Source: Acidobacteriota bacterium (lineage in GTDB: Bacteria; Acidobacteriota; UBA6911; RPQK01; JAJDTT01). From it: a stretch of 64,000 nt of DNA. The position numbers and the translations under genes were made by a program. This document shows positions 11,413 through 20,741 of the stretch, in pieces. Location of the stretch: contig CBDCJH010000002.1 in NCBI GenBank assembly GCA_965217775.1, positions 352,001-416,000 of the forward strand. Reading direction: 5' to 3'. A model generated the notes under the pieces. That model was not told the DNA's origin. It did not search any database and saw nothing but the letters and a program-made list of their open reading frames with translations. The number at the start of each line of letters is the position of its first letter. Within the stretch, counting starts at the first letter, position 1.

Positions 11413-11445
11413 CTGGGTTCGAACGACCATCCAAGGAGGTAGAAG

Positions 11446-11928
11446 ATGGCACAAGTGTCCATTGAGGTTCGAGTCAATGGGTCGACCTATCGGAGGGAGG
11501 TGGAGCCTCGATTGCTCCTGGTGCACTTGCTTCGAGATGTGTTGGGTTTGACCGGGACTCACGTCGGTTGTGACACCTCCAGTTGCGGAGCGTGTACCGT
11601 CCTGCTGGGCGATCTGGCCGTGAAGTCTTGCACGCTGCTGGCGGTTCAGGCCGACGGCGCCGAGATCACCACGGTGGAGGCGTTGGCCACGAACGGAGAC
11701 CTGCATGCGGTCCAGGAGGGGTTCTGGGAAGAGCATGGACTTCAGTGCGGGTTCTGCACGCCCGGCTTCCTGATGGCCACGGTCCAGCTCCTGGAGCGGA
11801 ATCCGGATCCCGACGACGCCGAGATCCGGCACGCGTTGGAAGGGAACCTGTGCCGTTGCACCGGGTATCAGCACATCGTCAACGCCGTCCGGAATGCGGC
11901 CGGCAAATTGCGGGAAGCGGCAAGCTAG
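11446..11928 (+). CDS. coxS: 2x[2Fe-2S] small subunit (CoxS/CutS)
   Basis: GCDTSSCGACTV, QCGFCTPG and GNLCRCTGY motifs. Confidence 0.92.
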   Translation: MAQVSIEVRVNGSTYRREVEPRLLLVHLLRDVLGLTGTHVGCDTSSCGACTVLLGDLAVKSCTLLAVQADGAEITTVEALATNGDLHAVQEGFWEEHGLQCGFCTPGFLMATVQLLERNPDPDDAEIRHALEGNLCRCTGYQHIVNAVRNAAGKLREAAS

Positions 11929-11940
11929 GAAGGAGGAAGG

Positions 11941-14286
11941 ATGGCGACCAAATTTTTCGGTACACCAGTCAAGCGCCGCGAGGATCGGCGTCTGCTCACC
12001 GGGGGCAGCCAGTACACGGACGACCTCGTGATCCCGGGAATGGTCCATGCGGCCATCGTCCGCAGTCCTCACGCCCACGCCAACATCAAGTCCGTCGACG
12101 TGGAAGCGGCTCGGTCGGCCCCGGGAGTCGTGGCCGTGTTCACCGGGAAGGATATGGAAGGAGTGGCCGGCATCCCCACGGCCTGGCTCATTCCCGACAG
12201 TGATCTCAAGACGCCCGAGCATCCGGCGTTGGCCCGGGACCGGGTCCGTTACGTCGGCGACGGTGTGGCCGTCGTTCTGGCCGAGGACCGTTACCTGGCC
12301 GAGGACGCCGCCCAACTGGTTCAGGTCGACTACGAGATCCTGGACGCGGTGGCGGATCAGGTTAAGGCAGTCGAGGAGGGGGCTCCCCAGGTCCACGACG
12401 ATGCGCCCTCCAACAGATGTTTTCTGTTCAAGCTCGGTGGCGGCGATCTGGACCAGGCGTTTCAGGACGCCGACCACGTCCTCAAGTTCCGGACGACCAA
12501 TCACCGCATGATTCCCAGCGCCATCGAGCCCCGAGGGTGCTTGGCCCAGTACAACGCCGCCTCCGGCGAGTTGACGCTGCGGATGACCAGCCAGAATCCT
12601 CATATCCATCGACTGCTGCTCTCCATCGTTTTGGGGGTTCCCGAGCATAAGTTGAGGATCGTGACTCCCGAGATCGGGGGCGGCTTCGGCAGCAAGATCG
12701 CCGTGTACGCCGACGAGGCCGTGATGGCATTCTGCGCCATGCAGACGGGCCGCCCGGTCAAGTGGGTGGAAACCCGGCGGGAGAACTTCCTGTGCACCAC
12801 CCACGGGCGAGACCATGTGACCGACGTGGAAGCGGCCTACACCAACGAAGGAAAGATCCTGGGTCTGAAGTTCAAGGCCTGGGCCAACATGGGAGCCTAC
12901 GTTTCCACGGCGGCTCCCGGCGTTCCGACCTGGTTGTACGGTCTGATGCTCTCCGGCGTGTATGACGTAGCGGCGGTGGGCGCGGAGGTGGTGGGAGTCT
13001 TCACTCACACCACTCCTGTGGACGCCTGCCGGGGCGCCGGCCGGCCCGAGGCCACGTACCTCCTGGAACGGGCCGTAGACCTGGTGGCCCAGCGGTTGGA
13101 CATGGACCCGGTAGATATCCGGCGCCGGAATTTCATCGGCAAGGAGAAGTTTCCGCATCCGGTGGCCACCGGGGTCATCTACGACAGCGGCGACTACGAC
13201 GCGGCCCTTGACCGGTGCCTGGAAATGGTCGACTACGAGGCTTTTCGAAACGAGCAGGCGGAGGCGCGGAAACAGGGCCGTTATCTCGGGATCGGTTTCT
13301 CAACCTACGTCGAGATCTGCGGGCTGGGTCCCAGCTCGATCGTGGGAAGCACCGGATTTCAGGGGGGGCTCTGGGAGTCCTCGGTGGTTCGGGTGCACCC
13401 CACCGGCAAGGTCACCGTCATGACCGGCGCCAACCCTCACGGCCAAGGGGAGGAGACGACCTTCGCCCAGGTGGTGGGAGACGTGCTGGGAGTGGACATA
13501 GACGACGTGGAGCTGGTTCACGGAGACACGGACCTGGTTCCCATGGGAATGGGGACCTACGGCAGCCGCGCCACGGCCGTGGGCGGGATCGCTGCTTTCA
13601 AGGCCGCCGAGAAGGTGGTGGACAAGGCTCGCAAGATCGCGGCGCATCAGCTGGAGGCCCGGGACGAAGACCTGGAGTTCGAGGACGGCCGCTTCCAGGT
13701 GAAGGGGACCGACCAGGGAATGAGCTTCCAGGACGTGGCTCTGCAGGCCTATCTGGCCTGGAACCTGCCCGAGGGCTTGGAGCCGGGGTTGGAGGCCCAG
13801 TCCTTCTACGATCCCAGCAATTTCGTGTTTCCCTTCGGAGCGCATGCCTGCATCGTCGAGGTGGACGCCGAGACCGGCCAGACCAAGATCGTCAGGTACG
13901 TGGCCGTGGACGACTGCGGCAAGGTGATCAATCCACTGATCGTAGACGGCCAGATCCACGGCGGCATCGCTTTCGGAATCGCCCAGGCGCTGTACGAACA
14001 CGCACAGTACGACGAGTCGGCACAGCTCCTGACCGGGACCATGATGGATTACGCGGTGCCCAAACCGGGTCAGATGCCCAGCTTCGAGCTGGATCGGACC
14101 GTCACTCCTTCTCCCGTCAATCCCTTGGGGCTCAAGGGGATCGGAGAAGCCGGCAGCATCGGCAGCACGGCCGCGGTAGCCAATGCGGTTGCCGACGCGC
14201 TGGGTCCTTTCGGAATAGATCATGTGGAGATGCCTTTCACGCCCCAGCGCGTGTGGCAGGCCATTCAGCAGGCACAGGGGAGGTAG
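11941..14286 (+). CDS. coxL: Molybdopterin large subunit, xanthine oxidase family (form II CoxL-like)
   Basis: KRREDRRLLTG, GGGFGSK, ACRGAGRPEA, HGQGEET, GTYGSR, GQIHGG and KGIGE motifs; S-L-M gene order. Confidence 0.88.
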   Translation: MATKFFGTPVKRREDRRLLTGGSQYTDDLVIPGMVHAAIVRSPHAHANIKSVDVEAARSAPGVVAVFTGKDMEGVAGIPTAWLIPDSDLKTPEHPALARDRVRYVGDGVAVVLAEDRYLAEDAAQLVQVDYEILDAVADQVKAVEEGAPQVHDDAPSNRCFLFKLGGGDLDQAFQDADHVLKFRTTNHRMIPSAIEPRGCLAQYNAASGELTLRMTSQNPHIHRLLLSIVLGVPEHKLRIVTPEIGGGFGSKIAVYADEAVMAFCAMQTGRPVKWVETRRENFLCTTHGRDHVTDVEAAYTNEGKILGLKFKAWANMGAYVSTAAPGVPTWLYGLMLSGVYDVAAVGAEVVGVFTHTTPVDACRGAGRPEATYLLERAVDLVAQRLDMDPVDIRRRNFIGKEKFPHPVATGVIYDSGDYDAALDRCLEMVDYEAFRNEQAEARKQGRYLGIGFSTYVEICGLGPSSIVGSTGFQGGLWESSVVRVHPTGKVTVMTGANPHGQGEETTFAQVVGDVLGVDIDDVELVHGDTDLVPMGMGTYGSRATAVGGIAAFKAAEKVVDKARKIAAHQLEARDEDLEFEDGRFQVKGTDQGMSFQDVALQAYLAWNLPEGLEPGLEAQSFYDPSNFVFPFGAHACIVEVDAETGQTKIVRYVAVDDCGKVINPLIVDGQIHGGIAFGIAQALYEHAQYDESAQLLTGTMMDYAVPKPGQMPSFELDRTVTPSPVNPLGLKGIGEAGSIGSTAAVANAVADALGPFGIDHVEMPFTPQRVWQAIQQAQGR

Positions 14287-14289
14287 AGC

Positions 14290-15162
14290 ATGTTTCCAGG
14301 CGAATTCGAATACCACGCTCCCGAGACCATCGAGGAGGCCCTCGACCTTCTGAGCCGTCATGGCTCCAATGCCAAGCTGCTGGCGGGAGGGCACAGCCTG
14401 ATCCCCATGATGAAGCTGCGTCTGGCCTCGTCCCAGCATCTGGTGGATCTGAGGAAGCTCAAGTCCAGCTTGAGCTACATTCGAGAAGAGAACGGCGATC
14501 TGGCCATCGGAGCTCTCACCACGCATTCGGAGGTGGAGTTCTCCGAAAGCTTGCAGCAGAAGGCGGCTCCCCTGGCCGAGGCCGCGGGAATGATCGGGGA
14601 TGTCCAGGTTCGGAACATGGGAACCTTGGGCGGCAGCCTGGCTCATGCCGATCCGGCGGCCGATCAGCCCGCTCCGGCTCTGGCGTTGGAGGCGCAGCTC
14701 GTTGCCCAGGGTCCCGGTGGGCGGCGGACCATTCCCGCCGACCAGTTCTTTTTCGGCTTCTTCTCCACGGCATTGCAACAGGATGAGTTGCTGGTGGAGG
14801 TGCGGGTTGCCGGCCTGGGCGCCAATGCTGGCGGCTCCTACCTGAAATGCCCCCATCCCGCGTCGGGATACGCCGTCTGCGGCGTCGCAGCAGTGGTCGA
14901 GACCGACGGCGGAGGAAACTGCGTCAAGTGCCGCGTCGGGGTGACGGGAATCTCCGACGGCGCCTACCGGGCCACCGGTGTCGAGTCGGCTCTGGAGGGA
15001 TCCGCCATCAGCGCGGACGCCATCTCGGCGGCCTCGGCCCACGCCACCGATGGAGTGGAGCCCTTGGACGATTACTTTGCCGGCGCCGACTACCGGAGAG
15101 CGTTGGCGGCCGCCTACGTGAGGCGGGCCCTCACCACGGCCTCGGAGCGCGCCGGCGGATAG
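14290..15162 (+). CDS. coxM: FAD-binding medium subunit (CoxM/CutM)
   Basis: LAGGHSLIPMMKLRLA, IGDVQVRNMGTLGGSLAHADP and ADYRR motifs. Confidence 0.92.
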   Translation: MFPGEFEYHAPETIEEALDLLSRHGSNAKLLAGGHSLIPMMKLRLASSQHLVDLRKLKSSLSYIREENGDLAIGALTTHSEVEFSESLQQKAAPLAEAAGMIGDVQVRNMGTLGGSLAHADPAADQPAPALALEAQLVAQGPGGRRTIPADQFFFGFFSTALQQDELLVEVRVAGLGANAGGSYLKCPHPASGYAVCGVAAVVETDGGGNCVKCRVGVTGISDGAYRATGVESALEGSAISADAISAASAHATDGVEPLDDYFAGADYRRALAAAYVRRALTTASERAGG

Positions 15163-15249
15163 TTCCCGGTGCTTCCAGACGCGCTTTAGCGCCGATTGTC
15201 TCGGGATCGGGCCCGGTCCACACCGGGCCCGCCGATCCCATTCTGTCCA

Positions 15250-16176
15250 ATGCACCCTGAAATCGAGCAGCTCCAACGCCGGTTGGAGCGCCAAGGCTAC
15301 ATTGCCGAACGCCCGGTGGCGACGGCCATTCATCTGGCGGCTGTCTTGGGACGCCCCCTTCTGGTAGAGGGACCCACCGGAGTGGGAAAGACGGCAATCG
15401 CCGGCGCCATGTCCGGCGTCCTGAGCACCCATCTGATCCGCCTGCAGTGCTACGAAGGTATCGATACCAGCTCTGCCCTCTATGAGTGGAACTATCAGAA
15501 GCAACTGTTGGACATTCGCCTGGCCGAGGCCAGCGGTTCCGGGCGGGCCGACATCTTCAGTGTCGACTACCTCTTGAAACGTCCTCTCCTGGAGGCCATC
15601 ACCTCCCCGAAGGCGCCGGTGCTTCTCATCGACGAGGTGGATCGGAGCGATGAGGAGTTCGAGGCCTTCCTCCTGGAGCTGCTCTCGGATTGGCAGGTCT
15701 CGGTTCCGGAATTGGGTACGCTCACGGCCCGGCAGATTCCCTATACGGTCCTCACCAGCAACCGGACCCGGGATCTGGCCGATGCCCTGAGACGGCGCTG
15801 CCTGTATCTCTGGATCGACTATCCGTCGTTCGACAAGGAGCTGGCCATCGTTCGAGCCCGGGTGCCCGGCGCCGGTGAGGCCATATCGGCCCGGATCGTG
15901 GCCTTCGTCCAGATGCTTCGGCGCCTCCCCCTGGAGAAGGCGCCTGGAGTCTCCGAGACCCTGGATTGGGTGGCGGCCCTCCTCTACCTGGACCGGAACC
16001 GATTGGGGCCGGAGGTGATCGAATCGACCCTGGGAGTGCTGCTCAAGCACGTGGAGGATCAACGGCGGGTCCGGAGCCGTTTTCTCCAGGCGCTGACAGC
16101 CGGACTCGGCGGCTTCGAGTCGGGAGGAATCACCCGGGCGGTGGAGCAGATGGAAGCTGTCCTGGCGCAATCCTGA
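15250..16176 (+). CDS. coxD: MoxR-family AAA+ ATPase (CoxD-like)
   Basis: EGPTGVGKT, RLQCYEGID, LYEWNY, LLIDEVD and LRRRC motifs. Confidence 0.88.
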   Translation: MHPEIEQLQRRLERQGYIAERPVATAIHLAAVLGRPLLVEGPTGVGKTAIAGAMSGVLSTHLIRLQCYEGIDTSSALYEWNYQKQLLDIRLAEASGSGRADIFSVDYLLKRPLLEAITSPKAPVLLIDEVDRSDEEFEAFLLELLSDWQVSVPELGTLTARQIPYTVLTSNRTRDLADALRRRCLYLWIDYPSFDKELAIVRARVPGAGEAISARIVAFVQMLRRLPLEKAPGVSETLDWVAALLYLDRNRLGPEVIESTLGVLLKHVEDQRRVRSRFLQALTAGLGGFESGGITRAVEQMEAVLAQS

Positions 16177-17294
16177 TGTCCTATCCGGGTCTCTTGGAGG
16201 AGAATGTGGCGGCCTTTGCCCGCATTCTACGCTCCGAGGGGATGCGGGCGGGACCCCGGGAGATCGGGGACGCCCTGACTGCGCTGCAGAGGTTCGGGAT
16301 CGCCGACCGGGGCGATTTCTTCCATGTGCTCCGGACCCTCTTCGCCGGAAGCCCCGGCGAAATCGAGCGTTTCGACCACCTGTTTCAAAGGTACTTTCAG
16401 GGTGGACTACTGGATGGGAACGGGCGAGCCGAACCGGGAACGGAAGAAAGTGAACGGATTCAAGCAGCCATACCCCGTTTCGGCTTGAGCCTGGTGGCTT
16501 GGTCCCAAGGTTCGGAGACCGAGGGGGAAACCCGGCAGGGCTCCTACAGTCCGCTGGAAGTCCTCTCGGGAAGTTCTCCTCCAGGCCTGTCCGAGTCGGC
16601 CCGATTGAAGCTCACGGTTCGCCGGCTGGCCAGGAAGTTGTCCCGCCGCAGGTCGCGGCGGCGGCGGCTCAGTTCCCGCGGGAGGGTCCCCGACCTGAGG
16701 CGCACCGTCCATCGGAGCACCCAGCGAGGGGGGGAGTTGATGGACCTGGTCTTCCGGAGACGCCGCCTGGACCGGGTCCGCCTGGTGGTCCTGATGGACG
16801 TGAGCGGCTCCATGGAGCTTCACAGTTCTTTTCTGTTCCAGTTCTCCCACGCCTGCGCCTCCCAGCGGGGACTGGGGCGGGTGGAGGTCTTCGCCTTCAG
16901 CACGCGGCTCTACCGCTTGACCCGAGCCCTTCAAGTGAGAGGCGCGCGGGGTGCACGCCAAGTGCTCTCCAGAGTCCTGCCCCGGAGAAGCACGGGCACC
17001 CGGATCGGGGCCTGCTTTCACGATTTCCTGGAACGGTACCCGCACCAACTGGGGTCGCAAACGGCGGTGCTGGTCCTCAGCGACGGTTGGGACACGGGAG
17101 ACCTGGACCTCCTGGAGCGGACACTGATACGCCTGAAGCAGTCTGGGTCCCGGCTCCTCTGGCTGAGCCCGCTGGCGGCGGCTCCCGGCTACCGGCCCAC
17201 CACCGCCGGCATCCGGGTCATCCTGCCCCATACCGACACCTTCGCCCCTGTTGTGGATCTGGCCAGTCTGCGGCGTTTCACGGATCGGCTGTGA
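16176..17294 (+). CDS. coxE: VWA-domain CoxE-like protein
   Basis: DLRRT, DVSGSM, EVFAFSTRL, GTRIG and SDGWDTGD motifs. Confidence 0.88.
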   Translation: MSYPGLLEENVAAFARILRSEGMRAGPREIGDALTALQRFGIADRGDFFHVLRTLFAGSPGEIERFDHLFQRYFQGGLLDGNGRAEPGTEESERIQAAIPRFGLSLVAWSQGSETEGETRQGSYSPLEVLSGSSPPGLSESARLKLTVRRLARKLSRRRSRRRRLSSRGRVPDLRRTVHRSTQRGGELMDLVFRRRRLDRVRLVVLMDVSGSMELHSSFLFQFSHACASQRGLGRVEVFAFSTRLYRLTRALQVRGARGARQVLSRVLPRRSTGTRIGACFHDFLERYPHQLGSQTAVLVLSDGWDTGDLDLLERTLIRLKQSGSRLLWLSPLAAAPGYRPTTAGIRVILPHTDTFAPVVDLASLRRFTDRL

Positions 17295-17860
17295 AGGTCG
17301 CCGGAATCGTTCTGGCCGCCGGCGAGAGCCGGCGCATGGGATTCGCCAAGCTCCTCCTCCGGCATCGCGGCCAGAGCCTTCTGGCCCGTGCCGTTGCCAC
17401 CGCCGCGCAGGTCTGCGACGCAGTGTGGGTCGTGGTCGGGGCCTACGACACGAGTTACCGGGATGAGGCCGAGGCCGCCGGAGCCAGGGTGGTGGTAAAT
17501 CCAGAATGGCGTGAAGGACTCGCCTCCTCCCTGCGCCGGGGCGTCCAGGCTCTTCCTCCCGAGTTCGGCGTGGTGCTCATCGTTCTGGCCGACCAGCCCT
17601 TTGTCGAAAGGGAGCACGTGGAAGCTCTGTTGGAGCGGCACCGCAGGGATGGCTGCGATCTGGTCCTATCCCGATACCAGAATGTGCTCGGAGCCCCGGC
17701 CCTGGTGGATCGGAGTCTCTTCTCACAGCTTATGGCGTTGCGGGGAGACCGCGGAGCCCGGGCTCTGACCCAGGTCGCATCGTCGGTAGGCGAGGTTTCT
17801 CTTGGAGCCTCCCACGACGTGGACACCCCCGAAGACGCCGCCACATGGCTGGAACCTTGA
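17291..17860 (+). CDS. mocA: Molybdenum cofactor cytidylyltransferase (MocA-like)
   Basis: IVLAAGESRRMG, NPEWREGLASS, LADQP, GDRGAR and DVDTPED motifs. Confidence 0.85.
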   Translation: MKVAGIVLAAGESRRMGFAKLLLRHRGQSLLARAVATAAQVCDAVWVVVGAYDTSYRDEAEAAGARVVVNPEWREGLASSLRRGVQALPPEFGVVLIVLADQPFVEREHVEALLERHRRDGCDLVLSRYQNVLGAPALVDRSLFSQLMALRGDRGARALTQVASSVGEVSLGASHDVDTPEDAATWLEP

Positions 17861-17909
17861 GTTTCCAGACGGTGTTGCTGGAGCCGGGACGTTCCGCGGG
17901 ATCGGCCCA

Positions 17910-19373
17910 TCAGGACGATGGGAAGAACTTCCGGAGGACCGCTTCCCGGGGCGGTTGCGTCAGCAGGGAAAAGACGATCATGGACAGGGCCGACACCCCG
18001 AGGATGGCCGCCACTGGCATGACGCCGGTTCCTCCCAGCGTGTACCCGGGCGATTCCCAGCCCAGCCGGAAAAAATAGATCCAGAGGACCACCACGCTCA
18101 GGATGGAGGCATAGGCGCCGTACTTGGTGCTTCGCTTCCAGAACAGGGCCGCCGCCACGACCGGGAACAGCGAGGCGAAACCGGTGAAGGACCAGACCGC
18201 CAGCTTGAAGATGCTCCGATCAATGACCAGAGAAAGGAGATAAATGACGGCCACTAGGCCGACCACGAACAGCCGTCCAGCCCGCACTTGCTGCTGCTCG
18301 GTCATCCGGTCGTGAAACCCGTAATGGCGAACGATGTCCTCGGTGAACATGCTTCCCAGCGAGAGGAACTGGGAGTCCAGAGAGGACATGACAGCGGCCA
18401 GAACCCCGGCGGCCAGGAGCCCGGCCACGATCTCCGGCGAGTGCAGGGCGATCATCTTGACCAAAACGGAATTGGCCTGTGCGACCGTCAATTCGGGAAA
18501 GTCGACTCGGCCCAAGACACCCAACAGGACGCTCGGCACCCAGACCGCCGCGATGCATAGCGGGTAGACCTTGAGAGGAAAACGAAAGGCCTCGGCCCGC
18601 CGTGCCGACAGCCAGTGCATGAACATGTGCGGGAACATCCCCACGGAGAGAGGGATGCAGGTGTAGGTCAGAAGCTGGAGCGGGGTGATCAGATCCCCTC
18701 GGATCAGGAGTTCGGGATGGGTTTCCATGACCCGTTCCAGGCCCTGGGACAGGCCGCCCAGCTTTCGGGTGATCACCACGAACGCCACGGCGCCCAGAAT
18801 CATGAACACCAAGGTCTGAAACGTGTTCACCCAGGCGGTGGCTCTCAAGCCGCTGGTGGACACATAGGTCAGCACCACCGCACAGATAATGAGCCCGCCC
18901 AGCCATTCGGGAATCTGGCCGTCAGTCACCTGGTTCAGGGTGACTCCTCCCGCCATGACGCCGATCAACAGGTAGGGGACGACCAACCCCACCAGTACCA
19001 CGAACAGGAGAAGCCCCAGGCGGTCGGAACCCCAACGTGCCCGAAAATACTGAACCTGGGTGATGTAGCCTTCCCGTTTCCCGATGGCCCAGAGCCGGGT
19101 CCCCACGAAGAAGAAAACACTGGGAATGATCAGGGCCGACGACGACGCCATCAGGGTAAAGACGCCGATCCCCTCGTGATAGGCCTCCCCCGATGCGCCC
19201 AGCAGTGCGAAGGCCGTCATGTTGGTGCCGAACAGGGACATGAGGAGGACGAACGGACCGATACTTCGAGTCGCGACGAAATAGTCCTCGCCGGTCCCGC
19301 GGAAGAGCCGGTGGCTTAAGCTGCCGACGAGAATCACCAGAGCCAGGTAGACGAAGATGATGGGGATGATCAC
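17910..19373 (-). CDS. Sodium:solute symporter (SSS) family protein
   Basis: About 13 hydrophobic segments; EDYFVATR, GLRATAW and AAVMSSLDS motifs. Confidence 0.88.
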   Translation of the reverse strand: MIIPIIFVYLALVILVGSLSHRLFRGTGEDYFVATRSIGPFVLLMSLFGTNMTAFALLGASGEAYHEGIGVFTLMASSSALIIPSVFFFVGTRLWAIGKREGYITQVQYFRARWGSDRLGLLLFVVLVGLVVPYLLIGVMAGGVTLNQVTDGQIPEWLGGLIICAVVLTYVSTSGLRATAWVNTFQTLVFMILGAVAFVVITRKLGGLSQGLERVMETHPELLIRGDLITPLQLLTYTCIPLSVGMFPHMFMHWLSARRAEAFRFPLKVYPLCIAAVWVPSVLLGVLGRVDFPELTVAQANSVLVKMIALHSPEIVAGLLAAGVLAAVMSSLDSQFLSLGSMFTEDIVRHYGFHDRMTEQQQVRAGRLFVVGLVAVIYLLSLVIDRSIFKLAVWSFTGFASLFPVVAAALFWKRSTKYGAYASILSVVVLWIYFFRLGWESPGYTLGGTGVMPVAAILGVSALSMIVFSLLTQPPREAVLRKFFPSS

Positions 19374-19621
19374 GGCTGTGCCTCGTCCTTATGCGATGTC
19401 CCGGCAGCAGCCGGCGAGGACTGTTGCGGAAGTGGCCAACAGAAGCGGATCAGGAGGTAAAGGATCACCGAGGCGGCCGCACAGAAGCCGACATGGTAGA
19501 GAAGGCCGACTGGAAGACCCAGAATGATTCTGGAATCGTGCCAGAGCCAGAGATCGTTGTGGAGCAGGTACGCGAGCAACAGAATCGCGTAGACGAGCCG
19601 TCGAGTTGACGCGTTCCCCAT
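19370..19621 (-). CDS. Small two-TM protein accompanying the SSS transporter (DUF3311-like)
   Basis: LHNDLWLW...ILGLPVGLLYH; its stop overlaps the SSS start. Confidence 0.7.
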   Translation of the reverse strand: MGNASTRRLVYAILLLAYLLHNDLWLWHDSRIILGLPVGLLYHVGFCAAASVILYLLIRFCWPLPQQSSPAAAGTSHKDEAQP

Positions 19622-19728
19622 GAATTCCTCCTCGTGATCGCCGTCGGGCTCGGATTTGACCACACGCGCGGGAGGGAAGGCAACCTGACTCGGTAATGCC
19701 GCCTACCGGGTGTCGGGTCCCATCACGA

Positions 19729-20472
19729 CTACGCCGCCGTGATTAGAATTGGCCTGCCCTTCGTGATCACGAGGGTGTGTTCGTAGTGAGCGGACAGGTC
19801 GCCGCCGGTCGTTCGCAGAGTCCACCCGTCGTCGTCCGCGAAGACTCTCTCCGACCGTTCGGCGACCAAGGGCTCGATGGTGAGGACGAGGCCGTCGGTC
19901 AATGGCTGCGTATCCGACGGGTGGAAAACGTTGGAAACGACCGGATCCTCGTGGATGCGTCTGCCGGTCCCATGACCCGCCAACTCGCCGAGCAGCGTAA
20001 ACCCGCGTCGGCTCACCTCCTGTTCAACCGCTCGACCAATACAATGGATAGGCCTTCCGGCCCGGGCAACAGCTACCGCCTTCTCGAAGGCTGTTCTCGC
20101 ACATTTGCATAATCTTGTGGCGTTTTCGGAAAACGGCGCCAGGGGAATGGTCGTGGCGGCGTCCGCAATATATCCATCCAGCTCGACGGTGACGTCGAGG
20201 CTCACCAGATCCCCCGGTTGCAGGATGCGATCGCCGGGAACACCATGAACGACCTCGTCGTTGACGCTGATCAGGTTGACGCCTGGAAATCCATAGAAAA
20301 TCTGGGGCGCGGACAGCGCCCCGTGGTGCCTGAGAACCCTTGCACCAACTCGATCCACTTTTGCAGTCGACACTCCTGGACGAACAAAGTCCGCCATGGC
20401 CTTCAAGGTCGCAGCTACAACCCTTCCGACGCGGATGAGGCCGTCATAGTCTGCAGGGGATTCAATTGACAT
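19729..20472 (-). CDS. map: Type I methionine aminopeptidase
   Basis: SVNDEVVHGVP, DLVSLDV, YIAD, GHGTG..IHEDP, TIEP and AHYEHT motifs. Native ATG at 20472 (MSIES). Confidence 0.93.
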   Translation of the reverse strand: MSIESPADYDGLIRVGRVVAATLKAMADFVRPGVSTAKVDRVGARVLRHHGALSAPQIFYGFPGVNLISVNDEVVHGVPGDRILQPGDLVSLDVTVELDGYIADAATTIPLAPFSENATRLCKCARTAFEKAVAVARAGRPIHCIGRAVEQEVSRRGFTLLGELAGHGTGRRIHEDPVVSNVFHPSDTQPLTDGLVLTIEPLVAERSERVFADDDGWTLRTTGGDLSAHYEHTLVITKGRPILITAA

Positions 20473-20474
20473 AA

Positions 20475-20632
20475 CAGTCCGTGGCGAAAGTCGCGCGAGC
20501 ACCGAGACCGTTCCTGCGCCCGCCGGACAAGGCGCGATGAGGGAGCATACCGAGAGTATGTGACCGAGTCGCAACGCAGTCCGCCGGGATGCAGGGACGG
20601 TCGAATGCCGTGACGACTTTTGCCACGGGCTG
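20475..20632 (-). mobile_element. 158-bp MITE, copy 2
   Basis: Reverse complement of 11255-11412 with a few substitutions. Flanked by a 4-bp direct repeat ATAA (20471-74, 20633-36). Confidence 0.9.
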
Positions 20633-20659
20633 ATAAGGCTCCTCCGCTGATCGCGGCCC

Positions 20660-20739
20660 GGAGCGGCGACTTCCAGTCGCCGAACTCCAGTGTAATGCCT
20701 CGCCGAGAAGTCACCGGGCGACTAGAAATCGCCCCCTCC
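20660..20739. repeat. REP-like inverted doublet (GGAG-type)
   Basis: GGAG-CGGCGACT-TCC-AGTCGCCG hairpin (20660-82) facing the related inverted copy GGGCGACTAGAAATCGCCCC-CTCC (20716-39). Confidence 0.65.
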
Positions 20740-20741
20740 GG

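Noticed and set aside
11230-11551. Small ORFs at 11230-11442, 11261-11551 and 20415-20714
   Set aside because: They are reading frames running through the MITE copies.
11941-14286. True form I aerobic CO dehydrogenase
   Set aside because: Lacks AYxCSFR and has S-L-M rather than M-S-L gene order.
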